Below are positions 23,537-36,862 of a DNA stretch of 64,000 nucleotides, one piece after another (within the stretch, counting starts at the first letter, position 1; the number at the start of each line of letters is the position of its first letter). The notes beneath the pieces were generated by a model. The model did no database searches. It saw only the letters and a list, made by a program, of their open reading frames with translations, and was not told the DNA's origin. Made by a program: the position numbers and the translations under genes. The stretch spans positions 38,378,001 to 38,442,000 of the forward strand of contig OZ336896.1 in assembly GCA_965287045.1 (NCBI GenBank). Reading direction: 5' to 3'. Source of the DNA: Carcharhinus amblyrhynchos (taxonomy: Eukaryota).

Positions 23537-23542
23537 AATAAA
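23537..23542 (+). terminator. Candidate HoxB2 polyadenylation signal
   Basis: AATAAA about 450 nt after the stop codon, with downstream GT-rich sequence (gtctgtgttt). Confidence 0.55.
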
Positions 23543-26500
23543 ACGACTTAATTCTTTAATGAAACCTCACAGTCTGTGTTTGAAGGTGACTGCTAGTGTG
23601 TTTTTTTTCGAGATATATGCACCAAGAATTAAAGCATAAATAGCTTACGCAGAAAATATTCGCTGTATGTTGACAAAAAAAGTAACTCACTCTTGATTAA
23701 AAAAGGAAATCATAATATTTTTAATCTAAGAGAAATGTGCCTACCCTGGATATTTGTATTGGTTTTGTTGGATCTACAATGATAAAAGGGCAGGAGTTAT
23801 TTATCCTAGTTGTTGTGCCATTCCATCGTTTTAAGCAACAAACAGGATACATAACCAAGTGTTCTAACATCGTTTGGAACTATTGCCTCCGTAATGTTCT
23901 TTGTCAAGGGTATAATGTATATGTTTTTGTATATGGCTCGCTTTATGCTTGAATGTGGCTCAGTGAAATGGGTAGATCAAATGTGTATTGAAAACGATTT
24001 GGAGAGTTAATGCCATTTCTGCCTGTGTTGAACCTCCTTTCCCCGCCCCCATTCGTTCCTGTATCAGAGTGATCAACTATTATTCAACTGACGTTCCATC
24101 TAGTGCTGAATTGAAGCGTCCAGTTCCCTGATTCCGTCAATTTCTGGGGGGTGGGGGCGAACAATAAATCTTCTGATATTATTGTATGTGTAATTCCATA
24201 GAACACTACTTGAAGAATTAATATAAAAAGTGTCTGGAAGTGGTTAAAGTAGATATCTCCAACGTGGAGCAAAGAGTATTAAAGGCTTGATGGGCAGATT
24301 GCTCAACATGCATTGAGATTTATTTTATTCTATATGATGTCCATTTTCAATTTATTCTAATGGGTTTTAGGTATCATAGGACCTAAAACAGCTGACCGAA
24401 ATGTGGAAAACATGAAGTTTATTATAAATACGGAAGCCCTGTGGGGGAGGGGCGGAGGAGTTCAATGTTCCCATCCATTCAAACGAACCCGCTTCTTTCC
24501 ACTAACCATTACTGAATGAAATGATTTAACAACTATCCGATAGTGTGCTTTTCTTGTGAAATTTAATCCCGTTGAGTTAGTGCAATGCGATGTTTCAAAT
24601 GTCTGGCGTTGTATATCTTTTCTCTTACAGTTTTTTCCCCCTCCATGTTACATAGGGTCGTCACAATGTCGCAATGCTGGCTGGTTATCCTTCATATCAA
24701 GCATCATTTTTTTGTTTTGTGGGGGTGGGGTGAAGGAAGAGAGATCTGGCGGGTGGTTTAACAGCCGGATACCCTTCCTGCCGCGAACCTTCCCAATTCC
24801 GCTGGCTTTCCTGCATCAGTGGCTGGGTCTCTCGAATTGTTTGTAATCAGTGCAAGTACCACGTTTCTCATATTTAATAGCATCGCGATAAAATGAATGG
24901 TGAGATAGATCGACAGAGTAAGATAGTGAGGAAATTAAAACGTAACATCTGGAGAGGCAGAAATTAAAATTTTACACATTGGAGCCAGATGTGCAGCTCA
25001 GACAACAAAAGAGGCAGCGGCTAAAATAATTGGGTAAGGCAGGAGAAACTGCCCGACAAAGAGGGGGTGCGAGCAGGAAAGCTTCGCGCAACTGGCCAGA
25101 AAATAACTAACAACATCGATCATCAGTCCATTTTTTTATTCGCAATTGTGCTCCCTCCCCCACCCCACCCCGCGCTCTGCCAAGGGAGGTTTATTTACAA
25201 GATGTAATTTTTTTTGCTTAAACTCATACATCAAGCTGCTTTATGAATGAGGGGGTCATCTTGAGAAATCAATCGCAGTGACATAAAAATAAATCATATT
25301 ACGCATTTGCCTAGTCACGGGTGTTTCCCAAGAAAGGCAGAAATTTGGTAGGGCCTTTGGAAACGCTCCACAGAAAATGCTGCAAATGTCCAGAATCACC
25401 AGGCCCGCCTTACTAGCTTCAAAATGGCGCCGTGTGGTCTGACACACAAAACATTCTTACCACTTGCTAATATTCTGCAGTATTTTAACTCTGCATATTG
25501 CATTCTTTGTTGAATGGTATTTTAAAATCTCAAGTTTTGTTTCGTAATGATTTCAAAATACCTTGAAACACCTACTAAATAAGATCATGTTTTAATTTTT
25601 CAGCTTCCCCCCCCTTGTCCCTCATTTCTTTATTTTATCTTTTCTTACTCTTCATATTTTAGGCACTGTTCCAATTGTAATAACTGCACCTCCTTTTCAA
25701 AGCTTCTTGTAGCACAGACTGCATATAACTCTTGTTAATCGATGGGTTTCAATACAATATTCAACAGAAAATGCATATCACACAATAAAACATTCATGTT
25801 TAATGACTGGAGGCGGGCAACGTTAATGCTGTTTCTTTAGCAAGCTTCATATTTTTCATTATCTGAATAGAAGAATCGTGAGGGACAGCAAAACAAACAT
25901 AAAGCTGCAGAGGCGGAGAAAACGGGAGGGGGCGGGGGGAGAACCAATAAATGGTTTAAAAGGCGCATTGAGAAAGGTACAAAAAGTAAAAGAAAGTTTG
26001 AGATCAGAACGTGCGGGGTAACTATAGATACAGAGGAATATACAGAAATAAACATGTAAATAAGCAGAGTCAGACACAGGGGTGAGGACAAGCAGAGACA
26101 TGTTAACAGGGACGAAGAAAGAGAGTTACATTGCCTATTAAATGATTCTAAAAACGAATTTGAAAATTGACTCCCTTGGTCAGAGGAATCCTGCACATGT
26201 GTTTAATGCAGTCTGAGGGCGTGGACTCCATTCTAAGGAATTATAAGATTTAACCTTGTCATAGAGTTATGTGCGCTGCTTTATTCCAATATAAATGCAT
26301 GACAGTTTAATTGAGTAGAAACTCCTTCAACTTACATGTGCAAACCTTGACGTGGTATCAATACAAATCTCTAACGAGCGCCTCTTTACATAGCATAATG
26401 ACCAGTAAAACTTGCTGCACGTCCAGGGAACATGCCAGTGACAATTACAAATCAATTCTACGCCCACAGAACAACCTTAATAAATGGGAACTAACCACTC

Positions 26501-29500
26501 AATCCGACCTTCCTTAAAGACATAGTGTATCCCTTTTTTTCTCCTCCTACTTGCCAATTTCTGATCAATTTCATAAATTTAAAATCAATCGTTCAGACAT
26601 ATTTCTTTATGTACTCTCATTGGCTTAAAAACTGGGAAGTCAATAAACAGATAACTGAACTAAAACTTAAATATTATTTAAGAAACAAACACTGTAATAA
26701 ATTTAACAATTAAACACTAAATGTCAATAATAAAACGATTATATAAGTCAGAATGACAAATGCCAGACATTGGATTTGTATATTACCAGTCGCTAAATTA
26801 GACCTTTAAAAGCCTCGGGATATAATGACTACCGCTTTAAAGAGGCTGCCTGTTTACACAAAAATCTACAAATCGTGTCTCAGTGAAGGACTACTATAGT
26901 CAATCCACATTGAACCGTCCATTGGTGGCGGCTGAAACATTATAACCTGCAACAAACCACATGGTTTCTCGTTTTTGAAATGTTCCATTTCTTTTCTTGC
27001 ACACCGTTTCACCTCATCGCATATACTGGGAAGTACTAACTACCGTAAGTATACTTTTTGCACATAAGCTATCCCATCAGACCTGAGAAAATGGACAACC
27101 ACTGTCAGCGCACGTCGCTATGGCAACTGAAATGCGCGAAGCTTTTGCCTGAAAATAATGCTTTACAACAGATTTTCGACAAGACACCAATTTAGCAGTG
27201 CAGCATTTTGCCATTTTCGCTGTTACTTCAATCTTGTCGGCTCTTTAACCCTTTCTTTACCAGGGCCTCAGAACAGACCGTTGCTTCTTATAATCTACTG
27301 GCCTTTAGCAATCAAGTTGTAACTTCTCCTTCAGTTATCTCACTTTCGTTCATCACTTATCTTATTATTATCTTCAAGTTTGTCCTACATATGGGCTTTG
27401 ATCCTTTGTTTAGTGTTTTGCCTCTAAAAGATTCTGATTTCTTGCATTTCTATGTTGGAAATATTTTAACAGGATAACCTAGTGGGACTTTACATCTGGT
27501 TTAGATTGGAGCCTTGGGAAAAACACAGTGCAGAAGATTTTCTGTGGCGGGGGTGGGGTGGGGTGGGGGATGACAACACAATGCTTAACTCTACTCTGTG
27601 CCTTCTTACCCCTTATGTTGTAGGGCAGATGGGTTTCATGTGATACTTCAGACATCAGTGCCCCCTTAAGACTGCATTCGGGTATCAATATTAATTCGAT
27701 GCACTGAAGAAGAAATGGAATTACTTCTTATTTTACAAAATATGTGAAGATTTTGACACAAAAGTAAAACGTACATTTATTTCTCAAATAAGGCACTTTG
27801 TAATTCTTTGAAAAAACGTATTAACCCCTTTCTCGGTAAATTGAATCCAACACTACAGCTTTGATAGTCACTGGGGTCAATGGATCACAGAGGCATTGCT
27901 AAAGGATGCTGACATAGAAACAAATCGACATCAAGAATTGTTGAGGGATCATCTGCAACTGCAATTCAAAATTTTGACCGAGGGGTTTAAAGTCTTGCTG
28001 ACAATGACCTAGGTCTGTAAATCAGTGCGAGTGAATCAAACTGCAATATCTCGTTAAAAAACGGCCCTCTAATCCTAAATCGAGCCAGTTTTGTTTCTCT
28101 GCTAAATTGAAAGTAACTATTGCCAATGAGAGCATTTTCACATTTTAAAGAGGGAAAACGGCTTCTGAACACATAATTACAATTATGACCGGATAGGATA
28201 GAATTCGCCTAGTTTCAATGCACGTTAGCTTTTACATTTTTTTGCTTTTATCAAAGATTTTGGAACTTGGACCGCTGAAAATTGAACGTATTTAGTTGAC
28301 TTCAGCTAAATGCTTGTAACTAATATTGCATAATATGGTATCAAATGCATTATCCCTGCTTCCCAACTATCGCAATCAATAAAACAATTCAGAATGGCTT
28401 GAAAGTACTATTCATTTGTCAACCACCTTCTTTCCATTTACAGGCAGCTTAAATGGAAATTGCTGGTTTATTAAGTAATCTGTGTCAGTACAGTTATTTT
28501 CAATTGATTAATTAAATGTCTTTCATAATAGGTGTAAGGCTACGCGGTGGATGCATGGTCGGACACAGGTCTACTCGAAATGCAACAACTAAAGCGAACA
28601 CTAACAAAGCATACTGCTTCATAGTGGCTGTACAGTTTTGCCAACCCATAAGTTTTACTCGCCAGAGGTCGTCTGTTCGGTCAATACTGGCTACATCTGG
28701 CAGCCTGCAAAAGCAGCCGGTCGATGAACAACATATATGGCGCTCATTCACAATCCTGTGTCAGCACGTGTTAAATCATCGGTTCAGTGAAACTCCAGCA
28801 AATGACAATACTTGGGACATTACTGTCAGAAAACTTTGCTGAGTTACTTATATGTTATATTGCAATCCAAAGGTTCATTTTGTTTTTGTAGACCATCATC
28901 CAGTATTGAGGGTTTCTTTCGGAATTCTGACAATTAAAGTAACATTTGCGAGTTTTGTCTAGTTGTAATAAAACTCATTGATAGTTATATCATTAAATAA
29001 CTCCGCTCTCTCGCTAGCTCATTTCATGCACACATCGTGCTTTCATTCTCTTTTTTTCATCCTTCTTTCACACATTTCTGTGCCACATTCTCTTTCTTCC
29101 TCTCCACACTTCGTCATCTGTACCTCTCGCCTTCTCTATCCCTATTCCTTTCAGCTATCCCTTTCCTCGTTCTATTCATTTTCTTTCGCATTCCTCCCTT
29201 TGTAACTGAAAATATCCATCTATTTCTTTATTTCTCTCTCCCTTTCTCCACCTCCCTAAAGAGAAGAATGCAATAATAAGCAGCAGCAAAATGGAGCTGA
29301 CATCAAACATTTAAATTGCTCGCTGCCAGAGCTGCCTTTGACATATGGATCCACCGACTGAATGAGTGAAGGCAAAAATAATGTTTCTTGAATTCGGTGA
29401 CAGTGATAAGGTATCATTATGTAGAAAATATAAGCTCTCCATGAACCTAACAGATGGCGGACGACGAACAGCTCGAATGTCTAGGTGCAACAGTGACACA

Positions 29501-31016
29501 TCACATACTGTACAATTAATCTTTTTCTGTTAACTGAGTAAATTAGTATAATTGTAGGCCCCGGGCTTCTAGCTAATCACCACTAAACTGTGTGTATATA
29601 TGTGATAACCCAGAATGTAAAGGGAAAACCATCTTATTATGTCAAACATATTAAACGTGCTTAAATGTTGAGATAATAGTACATTTCCTGACAGCTAACG
29701 AAACTCGACTGTGAAGGACATTGTTCGAGATGCTTTCAATTCCTCCAAAATATGAATGATCACTATTCACTTTGTCAGGCTATTCTGCCACTTTTAGTTG
29801 ACTTGAGTTTGCTGACTTAGGTAAGATGCATTTCAAAACTTTAGACGAGGAAATATTTATGATCCACTGAATAACGTCCCCTCCCCCTCTCCCCTCTCGT
29901 GTACAATCGTCAAAACTTCAGTCCTGGTGCTGGGAAGTAATGTATGGCACCCACTGAGAAAGTAGATGACTGATTTCTCCCGTAATGCTGTCAGCACTGC
30001 ATCTATTACAGATACCCATAAACGTTATAGTAAGACTAAGGATATAAAAGATAAATGCCTCAATTTTTTTTGCAAAAATGTTTTTAAATAAAAAAGCATA
30101 TAGTCTACTTAACTTATTTTCTTGAAGATACATTATTGATGATTTGACTGGATGCATTACTCCGCAAAGCGATCACTTCCATGGCGTCGTAATAAGCCTT
30201 TTAAATATACATTATTTTTGGCTCAACTCTCAAATTATGGGGAATATTCTGTCGGATTGACATTGTATTTTTAATGTTTTGCATTTCATTGAATTCCCTA
30301 TACAGTTTCACTAAAGGAATAGAAATGACAACATGAATATGTTTTATTACAATACACTTCTAAATTTAACCCATGGTTTTATGACTCTATAGCAGATCCC
30401 AACGAATTACAAAACTGGGATATAAAAAACGGTAATTAAGCAACATACAATTCTAACAGGGTAATACTCATCTATATTACATTGGTTATGAGACCTTTTA
30501 TCAGACATCCCATGAGGAACATTACATTTCCAAAAATCATATGGACATCTCATAGCTTTTAATCCAATACAGCAATCGCCAAAAGATCATCGCAATTTAT
30601 TTCAACCGGACGCTTTATTTTATAACTCCTCCTCACCACATGTTTTCTGTATTTGGGCACTGACGTTTGATTAATTTCCATGTAGTCTAGACTTTTACAA
30701 ACGAAGTTAAGCGAGATGCTATGCACCTTTTATCGCGATTCTCTTTCAAATAAAAACTGTTCTAATCGACAAGAACGCAAAGGTTTTTCTCTTATTATTT
30801 GTATTATTCAAGTAAAACATTGAAATATATATATTATATGACCTACTTGAGCTCTGCCGTGCTCCTGTAAGATATTATGCCCAAGTTGTAGGCAGCTGTA
30901 GTTCTTGCTTTGACTAAATCTTTTTAACACTTTAAAGACAATCTTGAATAATTCCAACTTTCTCTCCACCTCCCCCCCCTTATTGAAGACCGATTTGACG
31001 TTTAAGTGTTGCTATC

Positions 31017-31081
31017 AGATTGATGCGGATAACTTTGATTGAAAGCTTTTGTGATGTAAATGTCACCGCGGTGATGGATCA
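31017..31081 (+). promoter_or_regulatory. HoxB1 r4 autoregulatory element (R1, R2, Sox/Oct, R3)
   Basis: AGATTGAT 31017-31024, TGATTGAA 31036-31043, TTTGTGATGTAAAT 31048-31061 (Sox-Oct composite), TGTCA 31061-31065, TGATGGAT 31072-31079. The order and position match the described mammalian b1-ARE. Confidence 0.88.
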
Positions 31082-31117
31082 CCTCATACAGTTCACTAAC
31101 ATCAGGAGGTCCCTTGC

Positions 31118-31141
31118 CATTGGTAACTCGGGGTCACGTGA
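31118..31141 (+). promoter_or_regulatory. HoxB1 core promoter: inverted CCAAT plus E-box
   Basis: CCATTGG at ~31118-31124 and GGTCACGTGA at 31132-31141, between the ARE and the ATG. Confidence 0.6.
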
Positions 31142-31266
31142 ATGTCTTCTTGACTGATATCGTTTGATTGCCAGCGAGCCATGGAGGAAGTTGACTGGGT
31201 GACATAGTGCTTGGGGTTTCAGGGGCAGGGAGAATCCCGAACAGGTTGACCGTCCATCACTGGCAG

Positions 31267-31858
31267 ATGGACAATACCAGGATGAACTCCTTCTTAGAGT
31301 ACGCAATTTGTAATCGTGGGACGAGCGCCTACTCATCCAAGGGTTACCACCATTCAGAACAAGGGATAACAGCTTTCGCTCCTTGTGCAGGTAACGTTGA
31401 CAATTACAATGGTGATGGACGATTCTTAGTAGGAGGAAACGCGCACAATACACTCCAGCATCAGCACCAGCCAGCCAGTTATTCGCATCATTCCAGTCTG
31501 GGGAACCCATGCGCCAGTTCAGGTCCCAACAACTCTACGACCCAAACTTGCAATCCGGTTTACAATCACCATTACTTTTTCAACCAAGATTCGGATGGGG
31601 CATACTTCCAAAGCTCGGGGTACACTGGCAATATTGCATCCACTGTCAATCCGCTTTCAGAAGGTTATTGTGGAGTCACAGGGCTGGGCCAGTATCAGCA
31701 TTCCTACGGCCAAGAGCAACAGGGTTTGGCGTATGGGATTTATGCTAATCTGTCTCCATCTCAAGAAGGGGAAAAGGAACCTTCCTGCACCTCTGATTCA
31801 TCCTCAACGGGCCAGACGTTTGACTGGATGAAAGTGAAAAGAAACCCTCCTAAAACAG
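31267..31858 (+). CDS. HOXB1: HoxB1 coding exon 1
   Basis: PG1 N-terminus MDNTRMNSFLEYAICNRG and hexapeptide TFDWMKVKRNPPKT. Phase-1 donor ACAG|GTTAGT at 31858/31859. Confidence 0.95.
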
Positions 31859-32613
31859 GTTAGTATGAGACATGTTTGAATCATTTCCACCCTGAGTCAA
31901 ATAAAAACTGGCGAAAATTCAATTCAAACACTTCCCAACTTTTACAATTTAATTCTTCCAAATTGTAAAATAACTCTGACGTTAGCACGTTTTTGCTTCC
32001 AAAAGCGTCTGCAGTGAATGAAAAATACTTTGCCCTCTATGTGAACTTTGCAAAATAAGACCTACAATATTCGAATGGGTTTTGCAATCACCCATTTGCT
32101 GGCGCCCCTCCCCCTCCCCGCAATCAATTGGAGTAAATAAGAGATGAATGTTCGGTTGATTCTGAATTTATGAAACTGACCTGAAAATGACAGACTGCTT
32201 CTTGTGGAAAATGGGACTGAAGCTTTAAATGTGATGTGCAAGGGTCTGTCCGTGTAACCCCATTCGCTGTAACTTCACATCTGTATACAAGTTGCTCATT
32301 TGTTATTTAAGATGCATCTTTCTGAAAATAAGTTGACCCAATATGTATTTGAAAAACTCAAGAGGAGGGAGCAAGTGTTTCGCGTTGAATTTTCAATGAC
32401 TTAATTAAGGTTTATTGTTATGTCTTAGAATCATGTCGTTCAACGAGATGGTTTGGATTCAGCCTAAAAGCCTCGTCTTGTATTTTATCTCTTGCTTCTA
32501 TCAAGTTCCGGAACACTAAGTGCTGAAGTTGTTGGTTAATGCTGGCGGGTGGGGGAGGGGTGCTTGTTCATGTCGGGTCGATCTAATTGTATTCCTTTTC
32601 GTTTTTTTTGCAG

Positions 32614-32957
32614 CCAGAATTGCTGATTATGGGTTAGGTGGCCAGACCAATACAATGCGCACCAATTTCACCACGAAGCAATTAACAGAGTTGGAGAAAG
32701 AATTCCATTTTAACAAGTATCTCACCCGCGCCAGGAGAGTGGAGATAGCGGCCACGCTGGAGCTGAATGAAACCCAAGTAAAAATCTGGTTCCAGAACCG
32801 TAGAATGAAGCAGAAGAAGCGGGAAAAAGAGGGATTTGCCCCCCACTTGGCGGTTAACACTGCAAAGGAAACTGGGGACGGATCGGACAAGTCATCAACT
32901 ACCTCTCCATCCACATCACCCAGATCGTCGACATCAGAGAACATCCAGACCTCTTAA
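32614..32957 (+). CDS. HOXB1: HoxB1 coding exon 2 (homeodomain)
   Basis: Acceptor ttttttttgcAG at 32612-32613. Homeodomain [56 protein letters not shown]; [10 protein letters not shown] is B1-type. Spliced ORF is 936 nt = 311 aa. Confidence 0.95.
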
Positions 32958-33421
32958 CTCAGGCTATCAAAAATAACAGTACCTTTTTATATAAAAAGGG
33001 GATAATATGACTTCAATTTCTTTCATTACAATTTACTAATGTCATTTGCCCTTCTTTATTGTGCTATACTCAGGGAAATTACCAAAAAAAAGCATTGCAC
33101 TTTTCCCATGTTTACAATGGCAGAATTCCATCCCACATTTTGATACCGATGATTGTAATACTGTACATCATATTGCGATTTGACATCCCGCCTTAAGTTA
33201 TTGGTAACTTTTCAGGGAGTCTGATTTCACACAGCCTTGCTGTCTATGCATAGGTGTAGATCTCACTCTATTTTATATTTAAGAAACGTGATTTCAGACG
33301 GAATTGTTTGTATATATAGGAAATTGAGAAAAAAACATACCGTCATTCTGCAGTGTGGAGTGTGTTTTATGAAATCTGTGGTACTTTTGATTGCACTACT
33401 AATACTGTAACAGGGTTATCG

Positions 33422-33427
33422 ATTAAA
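33422..33427 (+). terminator. Candidate HoxB1 polyadenylation signal (ATTAAA)
   Basis: ATTAAA about 465 nt after the stop codon. No AATAAA is seen earlier in the UTR. Confidence 0.4.
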
Positions 33428-34586
33428 AAGATACATGTTAGGCTTAGAAAAGAGATGAAGATTTGAAAAAATTGAGTGGAAAGTGTAGCAGACGCGTATT
33501 AAATGTTAACAGACAAATACTAATCTCGTTTCTTCACTTTTCTGGCATTTTATATTGTTTCTATTGAGTTATCGAAGTTTGTTTGTCCCTAAACCAGAAA
33601 CTGTTACAACCAAACCAAACGTTTCCAGAAAAAAAATAATAATTCAGAAAATGTTTGACTTCTCAGTTTTTAAGAGTGGGAGCAGGTATTTGATGGTATC
33701 GATAGTGAAGAATTTTGGAGTGAATCCGCTCTGATGCCAAATGTGTTGTAATGTGAGAATATGCACCCACAAAGATTTCCTCTGGCCTTTGATGGTCGAG
33801 AGTACGATTTCACTCGGAAAGGCGACAGCAGCACATTTTCAGAAAGTATCATCGCCCATGTCACGAGACATGGCGACCGCAGTAATTCTACCTCAGGTGA
33901 TCATGCTGTCTGTCATTCAGCTGTTTTACTGAGTTTTATCAGTTTAGGTTTCTCAACCTGTTTAACAGCCCTTCCAACATGCTTACCTCGTTCAAATTAC
34001 AACCCTAGTGTTCAGCTACCTCATTCCAATAAAAATCAATTTACTTATTATAACACAATTTGCTTCCTGACTGTTTTCATTCCTGTTGTCTGTCTTTCTT
34101 CAAATAATACAAGTTATATAAGATGGGAGGCTCAATGATGGAGCTTTAATATCAAAGATAATACAATGATCTTGAGCTGTATTTTGTTCCTTGTGGTTAT
34201 TACACTTTGACCACAAAATATTCCAATTTATAGTCAATAATCTGTCTTCTAGTGGTCCTTAAGTAAAACAACACACAAAACAAGATCACTGAATGGCTGC
34301 TATTTGGGACATTGAAGTTGTCCTTCTGATGAAAAAATACAAGAACTTTAAGAAATGCAAATAAGATCAACAGCTCAAAACAACAGCCAGTGACTGCAAA
34401 TATGGGTAATTTCAGGAAATATTTAATCCAATGTACTCGGCACTGCTGGAATCTCAAACGAAGCAGTCACTTCTTGTAGGTTGAATATCGTTCGTGAACG
34501 ACATTAAACAAACACGAGCGACAGCCTCTTTAAAAGAAATGCATAGGCAAAGCGAGGAATGCAAGAGCAAACTCCGGATGTACGAG

Positions 34587-34600
34587 TGACCTTTTTACCT
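34587..34600 (-). promoter_or_regulatory. HoxB1 3' DR2 RARE (early neuroectoderm enhancer)
   Basis: TGACCTTTTTACCT is the reverse complement of AGGTAA-AA-AGGTCA, the Hoxb1 3' DR2 sequence as I recall it, 1.6 kb downstream of the stop codon. Confidence 0.88.
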
Positions 34601-36862
34601 CCAAACGCCTCTGGGATTAACAAACAAGTCAACAAAAGTAGCCTGAAGATTACACCATTGTTCATCTCAGGCGGAGAACTCTAACTTTTTACATGTATAT
34701 CTACATTATACATAACAGAGAGAGAGAATGAAGAGACTGGCAAAATTCAGAGTAAACTGAGGGGTACAAATAATACAATAAAACTGGACTGATGGCTTCA
34801 AAAGTCAACATCCGGGAAAGATTGAAATTTATTTTCCCTATTGGTAGATTTACATGCCGGTTGGTTCTTGTGGCATAAATCTAGGTGGAAAATGTGGTCA
34901 CATCTAAAAAAAAACCATTATTCCATAATAGCCTCTGCCTAAATATTGTGTGGTGACTGGAATAGGCCAGATTCATTTATCGAATTTAAAACAATGCAAT
35001 AATGCGTTACGCTTTCATTTCTAAATAAATCCATTCGATATATACATTGTGACCTATACAAACTAACACACATGATTCAGTTGTAAGTATCGAGTCCCAT
35101 TCTGAGGTATGGCGCGTACTCTCAAGCATACATTATAGCTTTTGCACAAAATGTAAACATTCATATATAATCCCAAACGTACTGTAACATAGTTATTTAC
35201 ACATCCACACAGATATGCAGAAGTATAAATTACATATTCAATATTCACACACAAAAATCAGAATCGCACACATTACACACACCGAGCCCTCCCATCACAA
35301 ACGCCTTGACAAACTTAAACCCGAAATGTTTTATTCGGCAAAACAAAACGGTTGAAAGACCTCTTGGAATTTTTTTTTCACCGGTGCTACCGTCACCTTT
35401 AGAAGAGTCTACTCATGTGGAAAACTGCACAAGGAAAGTTAGACCAGAGTCAGCTTAATCTGATTTAAAGTTAGAGTATTGATTGTGGAACAAAGCGACT
35501 ACATTGAGGAAGTAGGCCAAGTTATATCTAAAAATGCAAAGGGAAGGAATTAGTACAGCCTGATCCGAGAGAGCCCGTTCTTGGGAATAAAGAGATGTGG
35601 TGTTGTTTCTTGGAAAGTGTTGTTTAGTGCAAATTTGATTTCCGGCAGCAGTTATTTTCATTTCACAGCATGTTGATTTCTACTTGCGCCTAAGAATACC
35701 ATAAACTCCGCCCGAAGCGGCACATTGCAAAGCCTCATCGATAAAACATCCATTTTCAACTGAATATATGTGCTGGAGAACAATGATGTAACCAGGGAAT
35801 CCTTCTGAGTTGGTTTGTGTTGCGGAGACAAAAGACAAGAACAGCCTTCCAATGAAATCGGGAAGTTGTTAAGAGGAAAACGCTGCAAACTGCCCGGTTC
35901 CCTCAGGTTATGGGGCATTTTGTGCACTTTTACTGTAAACATCTAAGGAATTCGTCCACAATGATAAATACTGTCTAACAGTTTTGATGTAAAGTGACTC
36001 TTGGGTCAACATTTTATTTTCACTGACAACCGCACACTGTTCCAGCCCTTTAATTACAAACTCTGGGGCGATTCACATAGTTCTCGTGTCGCACTTTTTT
36101 CAAGCCTGCCTTTGAAATTCATTTTGAATGAGAAGGAGTATTCGGAGTGATGACTCCAGCAAAAAGCTGCAACAGCCCTCGCGTTCCCCCCTCCCATCTC
36201 GGTAAATATGTAAATAAATAAATGACTCCAGTGTTCATCCCCAAAAACATCTCGAGAAAGCTGAAAATAAATAAAAGCTAAGGTTCGGAATTCTCTTGTT
36301 CTTCATAGCCGTAGAGGATTTGGTTCAAAAAAGAAGTAATTTCAAAGGGACTTCTGTCCTGAGTGCAAAGACACAGCCATCTGCTCCTGACGACTTTGTG
36401 TTAATTGCACTTGTGTTTTTTTGGGGGGGGGGGGTGGTGCTGGGTTAACCTCCCTATGTGATACCTTTTGATGTAAAGGAAACCGCAGTCATAAAATTTA
36501 TGACGGTTCCCTTTGAACCATTAACAGACCTTTGTCATTGGTGTTTTTCTCTCCACAAGACTGGTGTTGAATTGGCTGCAACTTCACGCGTCTCAAAATT
36601 AAATACTTCTTGTATTTAACGAAAAGCAAACAGGGAACTTATAATCAACTTTACAAAGATAACAATCGGCAAAAGTTTAAATAACTTCCAGGATTTCAGC
36701 TCCTCTGCATTGATATTCAGCCTATAACCACGACATTTCTATTTCACAAATTAAACATCTTTTTCAGCAATACGTCCCTGTCTATTCAGCCTATCATCAC
36801 AAAATATTTGCCTGAAAATGTTACATCAAATATTGCTCGTAAAGTTCAATTACAGCCCTGGT

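Noticed and set aside
28995-29260. Long pyrimidine-rich tract with short ORFs (also 4085-4200)
   Set aside because: Low-complexity CT sequence; the ORFs are F/S/L-rich artefacts.
31079-31510. 143-aa antisense ORF over the HoxB1 5' end, and similar antisense ORFs over the HoxB3, HoxB2 and HoxB1 exons
   Set aside because: These are shadows of coding sequence with no recognisable domain.
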